DNA of 62,978 nt, counting the filler, from Rhabdomonas costata (lineage: Eukaryota), in the NCBI GenBank assembly GCA_019059605.1. It is 45 parts of 45 records of this genome, joined end to end, with 100 filler letters (N's around TTAATTAATTAA, not from the genome) between each part and the next. Parts side by side here need not be neighbours in the genome. Positions count along the whole stretch, not along the records: positions 1 to 1,303 come from JAHMHO010020048.1; positions 1,404 to 2,705 come from JAHMHO010020049.1; positions 2,806 to 4,107 come from JAHMHO010020050.1; positions 4,208 to 5,509 come from JAHMHO010020051.1; positions 5,610 to 6,911 come from JAHMHO010020052.1; positions 7,012 to 8,313 come from JAHMHO010020053.1; positions 8,414 to 9,713 come from JAHMHO010020054.1; positions 9,814 to 11,115 come from JAHMHO010020055.1; 37 more parts are not named here. One strand, written 5' to 3'. The translations under genes were made by a program, and so were the position numbers. Numbering within the stretch: the first letter of the stretch is position 1; the number at the start of each line of letters is the position of its first letter. The notes beneath the pieces were generated by a model, which was given only the letters and a program-made list of their open reading frames with translations, searched no databases and was not told the DNA's origin. Shown here piece by piece: positions 1-12,082 of the stretch.

Positions 1-1303
1 ATGGGATAGCTTACTGTGCAGATCCCCACATGCTTCGAAATGAACGAGAAACGAGCGGAATTAGGGGTTGCTCACCTGCAGCTCGCTAGTTGTCCCAAAC
101 ATTCGGGAGGAGTTGATCCGAAAACACGCACCGTTGAAATTCAGCCACCAAGCAATGGCAAAATCCTCTAATCATGCGTTCGAGAACAGCCATGCCCGTC
201 TCAGCCGGTACACCTGAGCTCCAAAATAGACGTCGCGTTCCGTGGCATTCCCACCATCCTTAGCCTTCATTTCCCTCGCACCGGGCATTTCAGCATGTTC
301 TCTTTTGAAATGGTAATGCATGAAAAGGATGCCGGCGCCAAAGTTTCTCTCTGTCTCCGCATGACGTCTGTGCGCCTTATTCTCGTGGGATGTGCGGGAT
401 CCACAGGAAGAAGGAACCGCTCGCTGCCTGCGATGGGCAATGTGACCACAAGTGAGTTTTGGAGTGTATGAACTAAAGGCTTACAATAAGAACCCCAACC
501 AAACCAAGTCGGGTTTGCCAACAACTGACCTCAATTCGGCCAGAGAACCACGCCACCGGATTTGCCCCACTCCTTCTGCTTTCTACCAAAAACCTCACAT
601 TCAAAAAGGTGCTCACCTCCAACTCCGCCACGCCCTTGCCAACCTCTGACATTCAGCACAAAACCTCCACGCGCAAGGGCATCAGGCGTCTGCACGACAT
701 TTGGCTAACCTACGAACATATATGTAGATCATGTTGCCCTACACTCGGCAAAGTCTGCATCGCCTTTCTGTGGTCTCCGGCACGGTGAGGGCACGAAAGT
801 CATGCCCCTTCTCTGACTTTCATAAGCTGGCCACCGCCGGAGCACCGCCCCCGTTCTCCTTGGATGAGCTTCAACAGCACAGTTCTGACCTATCCGATGG
901 GACGACTGAAGGGGTCATCAAAATCGTCAATGGCACAGGGCTTCTGCGGGGACTTTTCTTTCTTTTCTTTTCCACCGATTTACAAACATCCAAGATGTCA
1001 AGCCACGAATCCACGGGCCGTACGGCATGTACGTACGGGGGGTGCTCGCTGAAAAACTCCGTACAAATTCAAACCATTCTCGTCATCACCTCTCAAAATG
1101 TTCTCCTCGTGGGATCTACGGGAAGAAGAGCAGACGGCGGTGACCTCCGGGATTTCTCAGCACCTCTTTCAGCCCAATGGGATAGCTTACTGTGCAGATC
1201 CCCACATGCTTCGAAATGAACGAGAAACGAGCGGAATTAGGGGTTGCTCACCTGCAGCTCGCTAGTTGTCCCAAACATTCGGGAGGAGTTGATCCGAAAA
1301 CAC
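1..1303. repeat. Contig with exact 127-nt terminal direct repeat; 1176-bp circular or tandem-repeat unit
   Basis: Positions 1-127 (atgggatagc...gaaaacac) are identical to 1177-1303. Confidence 0.95.
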
Positions 1304-1403
1304 NNNNNNNNNNNNNNNNNNNNNNNNNNNNNNNNNNNNNNNNNNNNTTAATTAATTAANNNNNNNNNNNNNNNNNNNNNNNNNNNNNNNNNNNNNNNNN
1401 NNN
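1304..1403. other. Artificial contig linker N44-TTAATTAATTAA-N44 (first of 44, recurring about every 1.4 kb)
   Basis: Identical 100-nt spacer with a six-frame-stop core recurs throughout; the contigs between linkers are all about 1299-1311 nt. Confidence 0.99.
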
Positions 1404-1586
1404 TTTGTGTTGTTACATCCGCAGCCCTCCCGCCTGCCTAGTGTTTCTACAGGTCTAGTAGAAACACTAGGCAGGCGGGAGGGCTGCGGATGTAACGACA
1501 CAAATAGAACTCAGCTGCGAGAAATCAACAGGAACTACCACACCCATTCGCCCACAACTCAGCGTCGCTTCCAAAGGGAGAGAGAC

Positions 1587-2700
1587 CTGAATATCTGTGA
1601 AGAGCATTGTCACTACGCCGCGGGGGGCCATCGCCAGAAGCTCCTTTGCGGAGAGCAACCCCAGCCGATGGGCTCTCCGCCACAGCCAAAGAATGCCCGA
1701 CACAAAGAGCACTAGCCCGCCCCCCACGCCAACGGCCAATCCGATGGTTAGCAGGGTGGTGGAGGCGTCTGACGTGGGGGCCACTGCACACTCGTGCACA
1801 CCATTAGGCCTGTGAGAATAAGAGAATGTGCAGCCGCATCAGCAGGGAGGGCGCAGGGCCGCATAACGCCCTGATCAGAGAAGAGAAGAGGTCAACCTTT
1901 GGTTCTTTGATGGTGGTGACCATATATGGGCAATACAGCCAATTCAGGTCAGCGTTAAATCAAAGGGCCACAGGATCGGAAACGCCACATGTAGGAAGAT
2001 TGGGTGAGACAGAGAAGAAGCCGGTATTGCTCGTGACATCGTGTGTATGTATGTGTGTGAGTGTGTTGGGTGCATAGCGCGCTGTGTGGCTGTTGTCTTG
2101 ATTGACTGCTGGTGACCTCTGTGGACTGACGGGCGCGCGCGCTGTTGGCCACGGGTGCTCGCGAGAGGTGCCGTTGGAGCGAACGATAGGGATAGGGATA
2201 GGAGAACACACCTCACAAAGAACGTCGTCCCCGGCGCGCATGCCCGGCACACGGAGGCGATCAGAATGTATGGTTTCGGGCACACCGTGCAGCTCAGGGA
2301 GGTGATCCACACCGCCTGCATGTCCCCGACCAAAGTGCGGTGGGCATACGGCCGCACATGGAATGTGTCCACGAACTCCCCGCCGCAGAGGGGTCGGACC
2401 GGGGACCAGTCTGGCTGGGGGGTGGCCGTGTACAGCACCACGGTGCCGAGGGCAAGGTCCACCCCGATGGGCACGACGGAGCCGTTTTCGAACTGCAGGG
2501 TACCGGCCCCAGGAAGGGTTTCCAGCTGGATGGTCAGCAGCGACGCCCGCACGTTGGTGTCGCTGACGTTAAGGGGGATCCGAAGCGGTACTCCGGGCAC
2601 CACGGTGAGGCCAGACGGGACGTTGGAAACCGGCGGATCTTCCACCGCGGTAACGTTGATGACGTACGTGAAGGGCTGCGAGGTCCTCATGTACACCCCA
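1587..2700 (-). CDS. Receptor-type adenylate cyclase, partial (Ig/cadherin-like and Cys-rich ectodomain, TM helix, start of class III cyclase)
   Basis: Exons ~2700-2212 and 1809-1587 join in frame over a GT-AG intron (FFVR|PNGVHEC). TM segment IGLAVGVGGGLVLFVSGILWLW is followed by APRGVVTMLFTDIQ, the first metal-binding Asp motif. Confidence 0.8.
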
Positions 2701-3107
2701 AACCCNNNNNNNNNNNNNNNNNNNNNNNNNNNNNNNNNNNNNNNNNNNNTTAATTAATTAANNNNNNNNNNNNNNNNNNNNNNNNNNNNNNNNNNNNNNN
2801 NNNNNGTGCTCTGCGTGGCTCGCTCTCTGTCATTGCCTGTTGTGTGCTTTTTGCCCTCAAGAAGGCATAAGATGCGCCTGCTCTGCTTCGTGGTGGCTCC
2901 CCGTTTGTGCATTTGTGCGGGCAAGCCATGTTGCTGCTGTGGGTTTGATAGCCCTCAGAATCCCAAGATCACCTCAAGGCCCAAAGTCCACAAACATGCA
3001 GCAGGAATTCCACCAGAGATTGAGACATGAACCCACCGCCAGAATTGCAACCAGGGCCCCAGATTCCGACACCAACACACACAGAGAGAAAGCGTACAGC
3101 AAAGAGA

Positions 3108-3410
3108 GGTTGACGTACACCATGACAGATTGAGACGTTGAGGCATTGAGGCACACATTGACACCAGACATCGAGAAATTGAGGCATTGAGACCATGAGA
3201 CAGACATTGAGGCCGTAAGACAGACACAGAACGAGACCTTGACACAGCAGTGAGACGTCGACACCCAGAGACACACCTTGACACCATGAGACATTGAGGC
3301 ACAGCACAGAGACGTTGAGACATTGGCACGTTCACACAAACCACCAGTGAGACTTTGACACTAACCCTCCAACTCAGATGCAACAACAGGATACAGATTG
3401 AAACCTTGAG
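3108..3410. repeat. Degenerate minisatellite of TTGAGAC/TTGACAC/ATTGAGGC-type units
   Basis: Many imperfect copies of gagacattgaggc and ttgacacc in tandem. Confidence 0.7.
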
Positions 3411-4207
3411 ACACCACCAGATTGAGCACCACTAGCAACATTTAGCATGGGCACCACAATTGCACAAACCACCAAAGATGCAACAACAGGACACAAGAGA
3501 CACTCGAGACTGGATCCACAACCCCAGAATCGCCAAACCCTCAACCCACAACCCAACATCAAGAGCCATAGCACTCCAAGCACCCTCAGAAACCACATCG
3601 CCAAGCTACCCAACATCACAGGAAGACCAGCACACCGAAAGAAGGCCAGTTAGGCTCACGCACCACTCAGCAATACCACATGCACACAAGAAACCGTCGA
3701 CACCCAAGCTAGACTCACACAACACCCGCTAACATCCCACACAACATCCCACACCTCGGAAACACGCATGACAACTTTCCAGAACAGCAAGGCAACGGAG
3801 GGACCGAAAACCGAGACAAACAAACCCAGAGACCCAAGGATACCGCACAAGCCCACACCAACCTAGCTCACGCACAATCAGGGGTAACAAGAATTCGTCT
3901 TGGAGGGGTAGTTTAACAACGGAGAAGAAACACCGAAGGCAGAAACCCGAACCCACGAGACAGAAGGCAAGAACATCGACACCAGTACGCATGAAGACGG
4001 TGACACCAACACCCAAGGCCAATACCAACCCGTCCCCAACAACAAACACCCCAAACTGGAATGCTGTGGTTGATGATGGGCCCAACACCACCAAACACAC
4101 CCACCACNNNNNNNNNNNNNNNNNNNNNNNNNNNNNNNNNNNNNNNNNNNNTTAATTAATTAANNNNNNNNNNNNNNNNNNNNNNNNNNNNNNNNNNNNN
4201 NNNNNNN

Positions 4208-5509
4208 TAAGAGTGTGGGACGCCTTCACTGGTGTGGAGGTGAGGACGCTGCTGCGGCACACCGGTCGGCTTTGCTTTTGTTCTGACTGGGTTCCCCTCC
4301 AGTTTTCCCTTGTGTGCCATCAGTTTCCGCCCCAGCAATCTGGCAGCAGCATAGGCCCTGCGGAGTCCCGAAAAGTGCAAGCGAAAAAAGGAATCAAGAA
4401 CTTACCTTTGTATCTATGCGCGTGTCTTTGCACCGCTCGCAATGTTTAGTGACTTTTTATTTTTGGGGGCATTCCTTGTTCCAAAAAATTGAGATAAAGC
4501 ACTGTAACCACTCTCCCTTCCTGCTTTTTTCCGAGCTCCTTTGCCTCACGGGGTTTTTTTTTCGCCGCGGGATGACCATTGCACAGGAACAATTGCTTGC
4601 ACGGTTTGCTCTTTATTCTTTAGTTCTTTTGGTGCCCTGTAAAAAAGAACTGAATTATTCAAAAGAATGAGGACCGACCCAAAGATCAAAGGTCAGAAGG
4701 ATGGAGATTTTGGAAGGGGGTGTTTGCTAACTCAGGGTGGGTGTACTCTGTGCAGTACAGCCCCAGTGGGGCGCACTTACTCAGCGGCAGCGATGACAAC
4801 ACAGCTGTGCTGTGGGAGGCTGACACCGGGGCCCCGGTGGTGACTTTCGTTGGCCACACCGACTGGGTAGGTGCGCTACGGTTTCGGCAGTTTTCGCTCA
4901 CTCCCGCTCACTCTTTTCATGAATTGCACATCTTCCTCTGCCATACGCAATATTGTGGCTCGTGGTCGTACCAGTGGGTGTGACGACCCAAAGCCAGCTG
5001 AAAAAATGAATTTAAGAAATGGAAAACATATATAGGTCCTTCGACTCTGATGGAAACTCTTGTGCTTGCGCGCAATCATGTCCGATTGTTTTGATGTGAT
5101 GTGATGTACCTCGCATCGAGAGGTTGTTGAGGCAATCTTGTACTGGAAATCACTGTTCCAATTTGGCGTGAACCCAGCGTTCATTGCCAGTGGTTGTCTC
5201 TGATTATACCCCTGCCCTCAATTTGCACTGCCGAAGGAGGGGGAAGGAGCCCCCCAGCAATACGTTTTCAGGCCCTGTTTGCCCTTCTGAGCCATTCTGA
5301 TGTTATAACCCCAGCATTTGATGCCATTACAAGAATGTCTTTTTGCAGATCACTTCGGTGGCGTTCTCACCGTGCGGGAAGATCGTCGCCACGGCCTCCT
5401 GGGATTGCCTCGCCCGGACCTGGGCCCTGGACGGGAGCCCTTTGGCTGAGCTTCGCGGGCATGCCGAGCACGTTTTCTGTGTTGCCTTTACTGGGGACGG
5501 CGCGGTGGG
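4208..5509 (+). CDS. WD40-repeat protein, partial (3 exons)
   Basis: Exons <4208-4264, 4736-4866 and 5349->5509 with GT-AG introns. Repeats include SGSDDNTAVLWE, GHTDW|ITSVAFSP and ATASWDCLARTW. Confidence 0.92.
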
Positions 5510-6333
5510 NNNNNNNNNNNNNNNNNNNNNNNNNNNNNNNNNNNNNNNNNNNNTTAATTAATTAANNNNNNNNNNNNNNNNNNNNNNNNNNNNNNNNNNN
5601 NNNNNNNNNGGTGGGGGTGTTGGTCATTACCTGTTCTGTAACACCTGGAGCGGCCACCTTGCGTTGGACTGGCAATTCTGCCGCTCATATCGCCCTGGAC
5701 ATTGTTATTTGACGAAGCATGCACTTTGTCATGGCAGCGCCAAAACGCGAACACTTTTCTACTGGAGGGTATATACTTTTGAGCATTTTTTGTAGCGATG
5801 TCGTCGAATACATGTAAAATGCAGGCGGTGTTTCTGAACTTGTGAGGAATTTGGAATCCTTTGATTTTGAACAAAGGATCATACATAACGTGGCGGCGTG
5901 CTATCTAGACAGTGGTTCGCTGAAAATTCGTTTATTGATCTGTTTTCAACCATTTTCTGTTGCCAGGTCAAGCTTTGTGTTTGTTATAATGCGTCTCTTA
6001 AACATTTTATAGGTAGTAAAACATTAATGTCCATAGCACTATTTTGGCAAATTGCCGTGGTCGTGTTTGTTGAGCTCCGCTCGCAGACAGAGAAAAGGTG
6101 TTGGGAAGTTGGAAAGATGATCAGGCACCTAGAATAGAGTCGTTTTTGCAGTGACTCTTTCTGGTCCGGGAATTGTTTCCATTTGGCTTCTGTGTTGTTT
6201 CGGAAGGCCTGCTGTATACAAAAGACCCTGCCTCCGCTTAGTCTCTTTCTGTGCGGTCTGTTGTTTGAGGCTGACGGCCAAGAGGTTTGCATCACCCACC
6301 CCACACCCCCGCTGCCACGGTACCAACGTTCAG

Positions 6334-6489
6334 ACCGTGAAAGTTCCAGTGGAAAAGGTCATCGAGAAGGTTGTCGAGTTCGACGTCGTGAAGGAAGTGG
6401 TCAAGTATGTCGAGTCGGAACCCATCTTCATTGAGAAGACTATCGAGACCAACGTCGCAGTGCACAAGCCCTCCCGAGTCATTGAGAAG
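6334..6489 (+). CDS. Articulin/epiplasmin-like (V/E/K/P-rich) cytoskeletal protein exon
   Basis: AG/GT-bounded 156-nt exon encoding TVKVPVEKVIEKVVEFDVVKEVVKYVESEPIFIEKTIE. A probable next exon starts at ~6877. Confidence 0.6.
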
Positions 6490-6825
6490 GTGCGACGAAA
6501 TGCCAAACTCACGTGATTCGAAAAAAATCTCATTGTATCACGTTGTACACATGCAACACCCCCCTCTTCATTCACTTTTGCTTTCTTACCTCCGTTGTGT
6601 TTATTTTTATCGAATTTTCAACGCAATTTCTCGAGTTTCAAACGCACACAAGTGAGAACGAAGAGCAAAGGAGCACATGACAGGAACAATAAAGTGCGCG
6701 TTCTGTTTCCGGTTAATTAAACAACCCCCCCCCCCTTACACACCCATCCACCCGCTGTTTTTGTTGTGAAGTTGATGTCCTCCACTGAGTTCCGATTAAC
6801 CCGTGAGGATCTTTATTCTATTTGC

Positions 6826-6870
6826 GTTCTGTTCTGTTCTGTTCTGTTCTGTTCTGTCCTGTTCTGTTCT
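6826..6870. repeat. (TTCTG)n microsatellite in an intron pyrimidine tract
   Basis: About 9 tandem gttct units directly before a ttgcag acceptor. Confidence 0.85.
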
Positions 6871-7900
6871 TTGCAGGCGAACAAGAGCTCCGTCATTGTT
6901 GACACCACACANNNNNNNNNNNNNNNNNNNNNNNNNNNNNNNNNNNNNNNNNNNNTTAATTAATTAANNNNNNNNNNNNNNNNNNNNNNNNNNNNNNNNN
7001 NNNNNNNNNNNTGTTTTGGGTCGAAGAAGAGTCCGATGCACTTTTTTGGGAGAGGGGTTGAGGAAAAGGGGAGGAAAGACCAGCGTGCGGGGTGGTGGTG
7101 GTGGTGTTGATTTTTGGAGTGTCCAGTGGTAATGACCAACTGCCACTTGCGCGCGCAACGGTAACGTTTTTTGTCTCTCACCGAAGCAAGCAATGCCGTT
7201 CGCGTGTGTGTGTGCGTGTGCGTGAATGAGCTGGAGGGGGGGGGGTGTGAACCTGCGTGGTGTGGGTCTCTGCAGAACCACCAACATTGCCGTCCATAGC
7301 TGGGTCGCCACGTCGCTACCCGGACCCGAGGGATCATGACACAAGGGATCCATCCCCCACGTCGCCACTTTCGCAACGATGCACCCCACAACGACGGCCT
7401 GAAAATTCCACAGCACACACGCAGAAAGCTATCGAGTCCAATGACTGCGATGACTGAATGTCGGTGAGAAACTCATGAAGGATGCGGTGCAAGGGTCCGA
7501 ATGAAATATGAGGTAATACATCACCGCCTACTTCGATGTCAGTGTATCATGGAGACCCCCCCCCCTTCCCTCGCATTGGTTTTGGCGAGCAGTCTACTGA
7601 AGGGGAGTTGGGGTGAACTACCCAGTTGCTGGGTATTATCGACTGCTGTTTTCGTGCGGTAACAGGAGGCTCAAAACTAATTCTGTGTGAATGAATAAGG
7701 TGCGGAGAAAGCGCGCAGATGGAGCCAACCGTGGTTGAGCTGCTGCTGCTTCTGTTGCAATTGATGATGGACAAAGCATTGATAGTAAACAGTCTTCAGC
7801 ATCCATAGCCTTTTCGCTGCAGAATTGCCTGACGGTGCCTCCTGCACAGCAAAAAACTCAGTGCATGGAGAGCGAGGGCCGAAGGGCGAGGGTAGGAGAC

Positions 7901-8235
7901 CTGCAGGAACCCCGACATGGGGTTTCTAACGCGCAGCAGCGGCAACGCCAACGCCAGAGCGAAGTACGCCGGCAGCTGCACCGCCAGCGGGCCCCTGGGC
8001 AGCGGCAGCGAGGCGGAGGTGGGTCGCCACACCTGCGCCAGCTTCTGCAGCATCCAGCCCCAGGCCCAGGGCAAGAGTAACGCCGGGAAGATCAGGCAGA
8101 AGTAGAGTCCCGAGGTCGGCCACAGCAGGTGGCCGTGCTGGGCCAGAAGCACGACCTGGGCTCCGGCTACAACGGCAGCGAGGGCGACCGCGGTGGCAGC
8201 GAGGAGCATCTCCCCCGGGGTCAGCCAAAGCCACC
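7901..8235 (-). CDS. Exon of a multi-pass membrane protein, unknown function
   Basis: GC-rich AG/GT-bounded exon with three hydrophobic segments (LLAATAVALAAVVAGA, LYFCLIFPALLLPWAW, LPAYFALALALPLL). Confidence 0.55.
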
Positions 8236-9458
8236 CTGTTGTGCGGGGTTGGGGTTCCCAGCGTTCTCCATGTCGTGAGGGAAGGTAGCAGAAACTTCGG
8301 GGGAAACCACCACNNNNNNNNNNNNNNNNNNNNNNNNNNNNNNNNNNNNNNNNNNNNTTAATTAATTAANNNNNNNNNNNNNNNNNNNNNNNNNNNNNNN
8401 NNNNNNNNNNNNNGTTGGGGTGGTATTAACAATGCTGTAATACGATTTTTGTTTGGGCGAGCTGAGCATGCTTCTGCAGGGGCTACCATTTTTTTCTGCA
8501 CTGCCCCTGGGGAATTTACAACTGCACGAAGGATGCTGTAAAAATTTTCGACTGCCCACAACGCACTGCGGCTGCACACGTTCTACTGAGCTTATTATTC
8601 AATTCTTATTATTATTGGAGCACAGCATCGAACACCCTGTACCCTAAAATGCAGAGCCAAAGCATAAATGCTACCACCAATGGACCACAGTTGTTTGAAT
8701 CCCCAACGTTGGCCAAAGCTCATTTTTTTTTCTGAAATCCCCACCCTGCTTCCGCTGTGGGTGAAGGAATGGTCAAAACGTAACCTCTCGATCGAAACGC
8801 AACACGATACTATTTGACATTTTTTCCAATGTTTGGTGGTTTCACTCACAACTTCGGATGTGAAGTGCTTGCCAGATCGCTTGAGCCCTCCAAACCCAAA
8901 ACGTTCTGCACGGACCCAAGTGAAGTGAACCGCCGAAGTACCTACAAACCGCAGCTTTACTTGATACGTGCGACATCAGTTCATGTGAAAGGTCGCATGC
9001 CATCCAAAGCCTTGCGGCACGAAAGGCTGACATACCGACCGGGCATGCACAGGCCAGCAGGGGAAACGTGTTTATCCATACAAGTGGAACGTGTTTTGAT
9101 GGCCCACTGGAATCTCAGAGTAAGTTGGCATGACCTCTGAAACCTTCCAAATCTAAGCGGAATGACTGCGCAGCAACCCCCAGCGTGTGGCACGTCCATA
9201 CACACAACGCCGTCGCTCGTGTACCGGGACGTGACCGCAGCGAAGCCCCGCTTGCACAAATAGCGTGTGTGTGGATGTGTGTGTGTGTGTGTGTTTGTCT
9301 GTGTGCATGTATATCTCCATACATATGAGTGTGCTGCTTAGGGGTCGGTTCAGCTCAGCATATGGTCGGGTGGCTCTTATTCGGGGTGAGAGAGCTGGAA
9401 CACTTTCACATGCACATGCCACAGAGTGAATTGAGGTCCTCGGTTCGGGGGTGCACAG

Positions 9459-9665
9459 GCCCAGTACCCAGGCGCGACCGTGGACGTTGTCAACGCGGGG
9501 GTGCCCGGAGATCGTGCCTCGGGGGGCCTGCAGCGGGCCAAGCGGCTGCTTCCACGGAAGCCCAACCTGGTCACAGTGCAGTTTGCGCTGAACGACTGGT
9601 ACAGTGGGGTCACCCTGGATGACTTCGAGAGGAACCTCACGGAGATTGGAAAGCTCTTCATGAAG
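9459..9665 (+). CDS. SGNH/GDSL hydrolase exon
   Basis: AQYPGATVDVVNAGVPGD (block II) and VTVQFALND (block III), followed by FERNL; exon is AG/GT bounded. Confidence 0.85.
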
Positions 9666-10226
9666 GTCTGTCTCTTATTGCCCCCCCCCAAAAAAATTGG
9701 AAGGCCAAAAGCANNNNNNNNNNNNNNNNNNNNNNNNNNNNNNNNNNNNNNNNNNNNTTAATTAATTAANNNNNNNNNNNNNNNNNNNNNNNNNNNNNNN
9801 NNNNNNNNNNNNNGGTTGTTGGTCCAGCCTGCAACAGCGCAGCAAGGAGCTCTCGTATTAACAGCGTAGCCACATGTGGAACCACATTCATGCGCAAGCG
9901 GATGCCCCTTTGTGTGGGCCAAAATAAGTGAGCGAGTCAGTGATAATGTGAGCCTGTGACCTGTGACATCCGTGTCCACCACAAAGATGGGCTTTATGAT
10001 GAATCACCAATGATGAGCTGGTCACACATCTCCCCGAGGGACAAACATCATTAGCAATGCACACAGTTTCCGAAAATATAAGAGCTGGATGGGTATTTCT
10101 GGAAGGGAAAAGGAACGAATACACCCTTCGTCAGCATCGTCAACAATCCAACTCCAATTCCACCTCGGGTGGGGTGGCAGGATGCTTGAAGCTTCGCCCA
10201 AGACAAGACGCACGCACCACACACAC

Positions 10227-10918
10227 CTGAGGTGCAGATTGGCAGTGAGCGATTGCTGGCTTAGCGTGAGGTTCCATATCCTCAGCTCGTCGACATACCT
10301 GAAAAAGGAAATAACCTCGGCCACTAAATTGCACGCGTGCGGGTGGACATTTCATTCAGGTAATTTGGCGTGAAGCACACACCCTTGCAGGCTCAACGCA
10401 GGCTCAACGCCAAGCGCCGCACCTTCGTACCAGGTAACATACTTCCCCACCGCAAAGTATGCCGTAGCGGGGAAGGGCGGGGCCAGCCACGTGTAGTTCG
10501 CCAGCAGACCTCCATCGACATACATTGAGACGAGCCCGGGTGCTACTGTAACCGCAACATGTCGCCAGCCCACAAACCCAGGCTCAACAAACGGGACCGC
10601 GCCGTTTCCATTAAGACTAACATATGCACTGTCCCCGAGGCCGACACTCCAGTACTCCACGCTGACGGGAGTAGCAAAGGTCAGGACAGCAGGCTGCGGA
10701 CTCACCGAGGTGGAATACACCCAGCACTCCATCGAGTACGCTGTTGCACCCCCAAGCGCGGTGAAGTCCGGTGCAATGGCTGTGGCAGTATCGCTGGCAA
10801 TCCGCAGGCTGGTGCCGCCCCCAGGAAGACCAGCAGGAGCGCCCAGCCCGGCGGTTCGGTGAAAGCGAGGCGCACCCAGTGAAAGGAGAGCGAGCACAAG
10901 GAAGCGGCCACAAGACAT
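10227..10918 (-). CDS. Secreted LamG/pentraxin-like (ConA-fold) domain protein, 5' part
   Basis: ATG at 10918 with signal peptide MSCGRFLVLALLSLG. Motifs YSMECWV, WRHVAVTV and MYVDG. Exons 10918-10383 and 10298-10227 splice to LQG|YVDELRIWN. Confidence 0.88.
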
Positions 10919-11980
10919 TATATGACAGCGCGATAAAAAAACAGTGTGAAAAAGAGCACCGAATTGAAGCCTAAAGAGAGGCGGCTTTTCTGCAAGCAAA
11001 GCGAAATAAATGAATGTCGATTCGAACCGCTCGACTCGAGTCGAATCGAATTGAGCAACAGAAAAGAAGAGGGCAAAAGAGCAGGTGATTCCAAGAGACT
11101 TTCTCCCAAAAAAAANNNNNNNNNNNNNNNNNNNNNNNNNNNNNNNNNNNNNNNNNNNNTTAATTAATTAANNNNNNNNNNNNNNNNNNNNNNNNNNNNN
11201 NNNNNNNNNNNNNNNGGGGTGTTGGTAGAGGCAAGGGATAGTGTCCCTTCGGTGGTGCCCCCGGCCGGAAAGCTGGCAAGAACGTGAGCGGGTGTTGCCT
11301 CACGTGTAGCTTCGTTTGTTGTTGTCTTCGCATCGACGAGGAACTCGCGAAAGGGTTTCAACTGGCCAGCTTGTATCAGCGCAAGTTTTTGTGCCTTCTG
11401 CTATTGTAGTAAGGGGGAGGGAGATTTTCGGTTTTGCTAGAGGCAGCTTGCTGACTTTGTTCGAGGTCGAAGTCCTAATTGTATGAACCGCACGGGCTCG
11501 GTCTCTTTATTTTGTTTTTGTTTTTCGCCCCTTTTTTGATCTCTTTGATGCGGTCGTGCAATCGTCCAGCCAAGAAGTCATTCCGTCAGGTTACGACCCT
11601 AACTAGTTGAATTGGGTTTTCTTTCCATTGGAGACCACAGCAGCGGGTAGACCAGCTTTGTAAATGCAACTTGGTGCCAACTTGTCGTTTCTCTGCCTCC
11701 CGCGAGTACCATCAGAGTTTATGACGGTCGCGTTGTTGGATCCGCATGCCAGGGATAACGTTGAATGGTCTCCTATGGTCTGAAATACGTGCATGTGAAC
11801 TTTTCAAGCCGGGGCTGTGGGACCTATGTTGAGGTGAGGTGTGGAGGACAAGGGAATGAGGTTTTCTCTGGCAGTCGTCTTTCCTTTAAGTTTTTGGTCT
11901 TTCTTCTTTTGTACCGAACCGGCACAGCGCCTGTGTCACACACACTGCGGCCCCCCTTTTTGTGTTGCGTTGCGATCCAA

Positions 11981-12082
11981 ATGGGTGGTGGCAGCGGCTG
12001 GCCCCTGTGCAGGGCAGCCGCTGGATTGCTGCTGCTGTTGCTGCTGGGTGCCCCTGGTGTCGTCCTCTCCGCAACTCTGAAG
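11981..12082 (+). CDS. Probable first exon (signal peptide) of a secreted protein
   Basis: MGGGSGWPLCRAAAGLLLLLLLGAPGVVLSATLK followed by an AAG|GT donor. Confidence 0.5.

Noticed and set aside
849..1041. Kinetoplast minicircle CSB2-like 8-mers (CCCCGTTC on +, CCCCGTAC on -) in the circular contig
   Set aside because: No CSB3 (GGGGTTGGTGTA) or correctly spaced CSB1; isolated 8-mers can occur by chance.
1..1176. Spliced-leader/5S/snRNA repeat unit or Obelisk-like rod RNA
   Set aside because: I found no known SL exon, 5S or U-snRNA motif, no evident genome-wide self-complementarity and no recognisable Oblin-like ORF by eye. A covariance-model search is still needed to exclude these fully.
1404..1503. 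Long near-perfect hairpin (also 17947-18125, 30530-30735, 30848-31017, 38983-39149, 46271-46358, 53279-53543, 55924-55971) considered as MITEs, structured introns or ncRNAs
   Set aside because: In all eight cases one arm sits at the contig end, in both eukaryotic and bacterial contigs, and one truncates a CDS. This pattern indicates fold-back or template-switch library artefacts.
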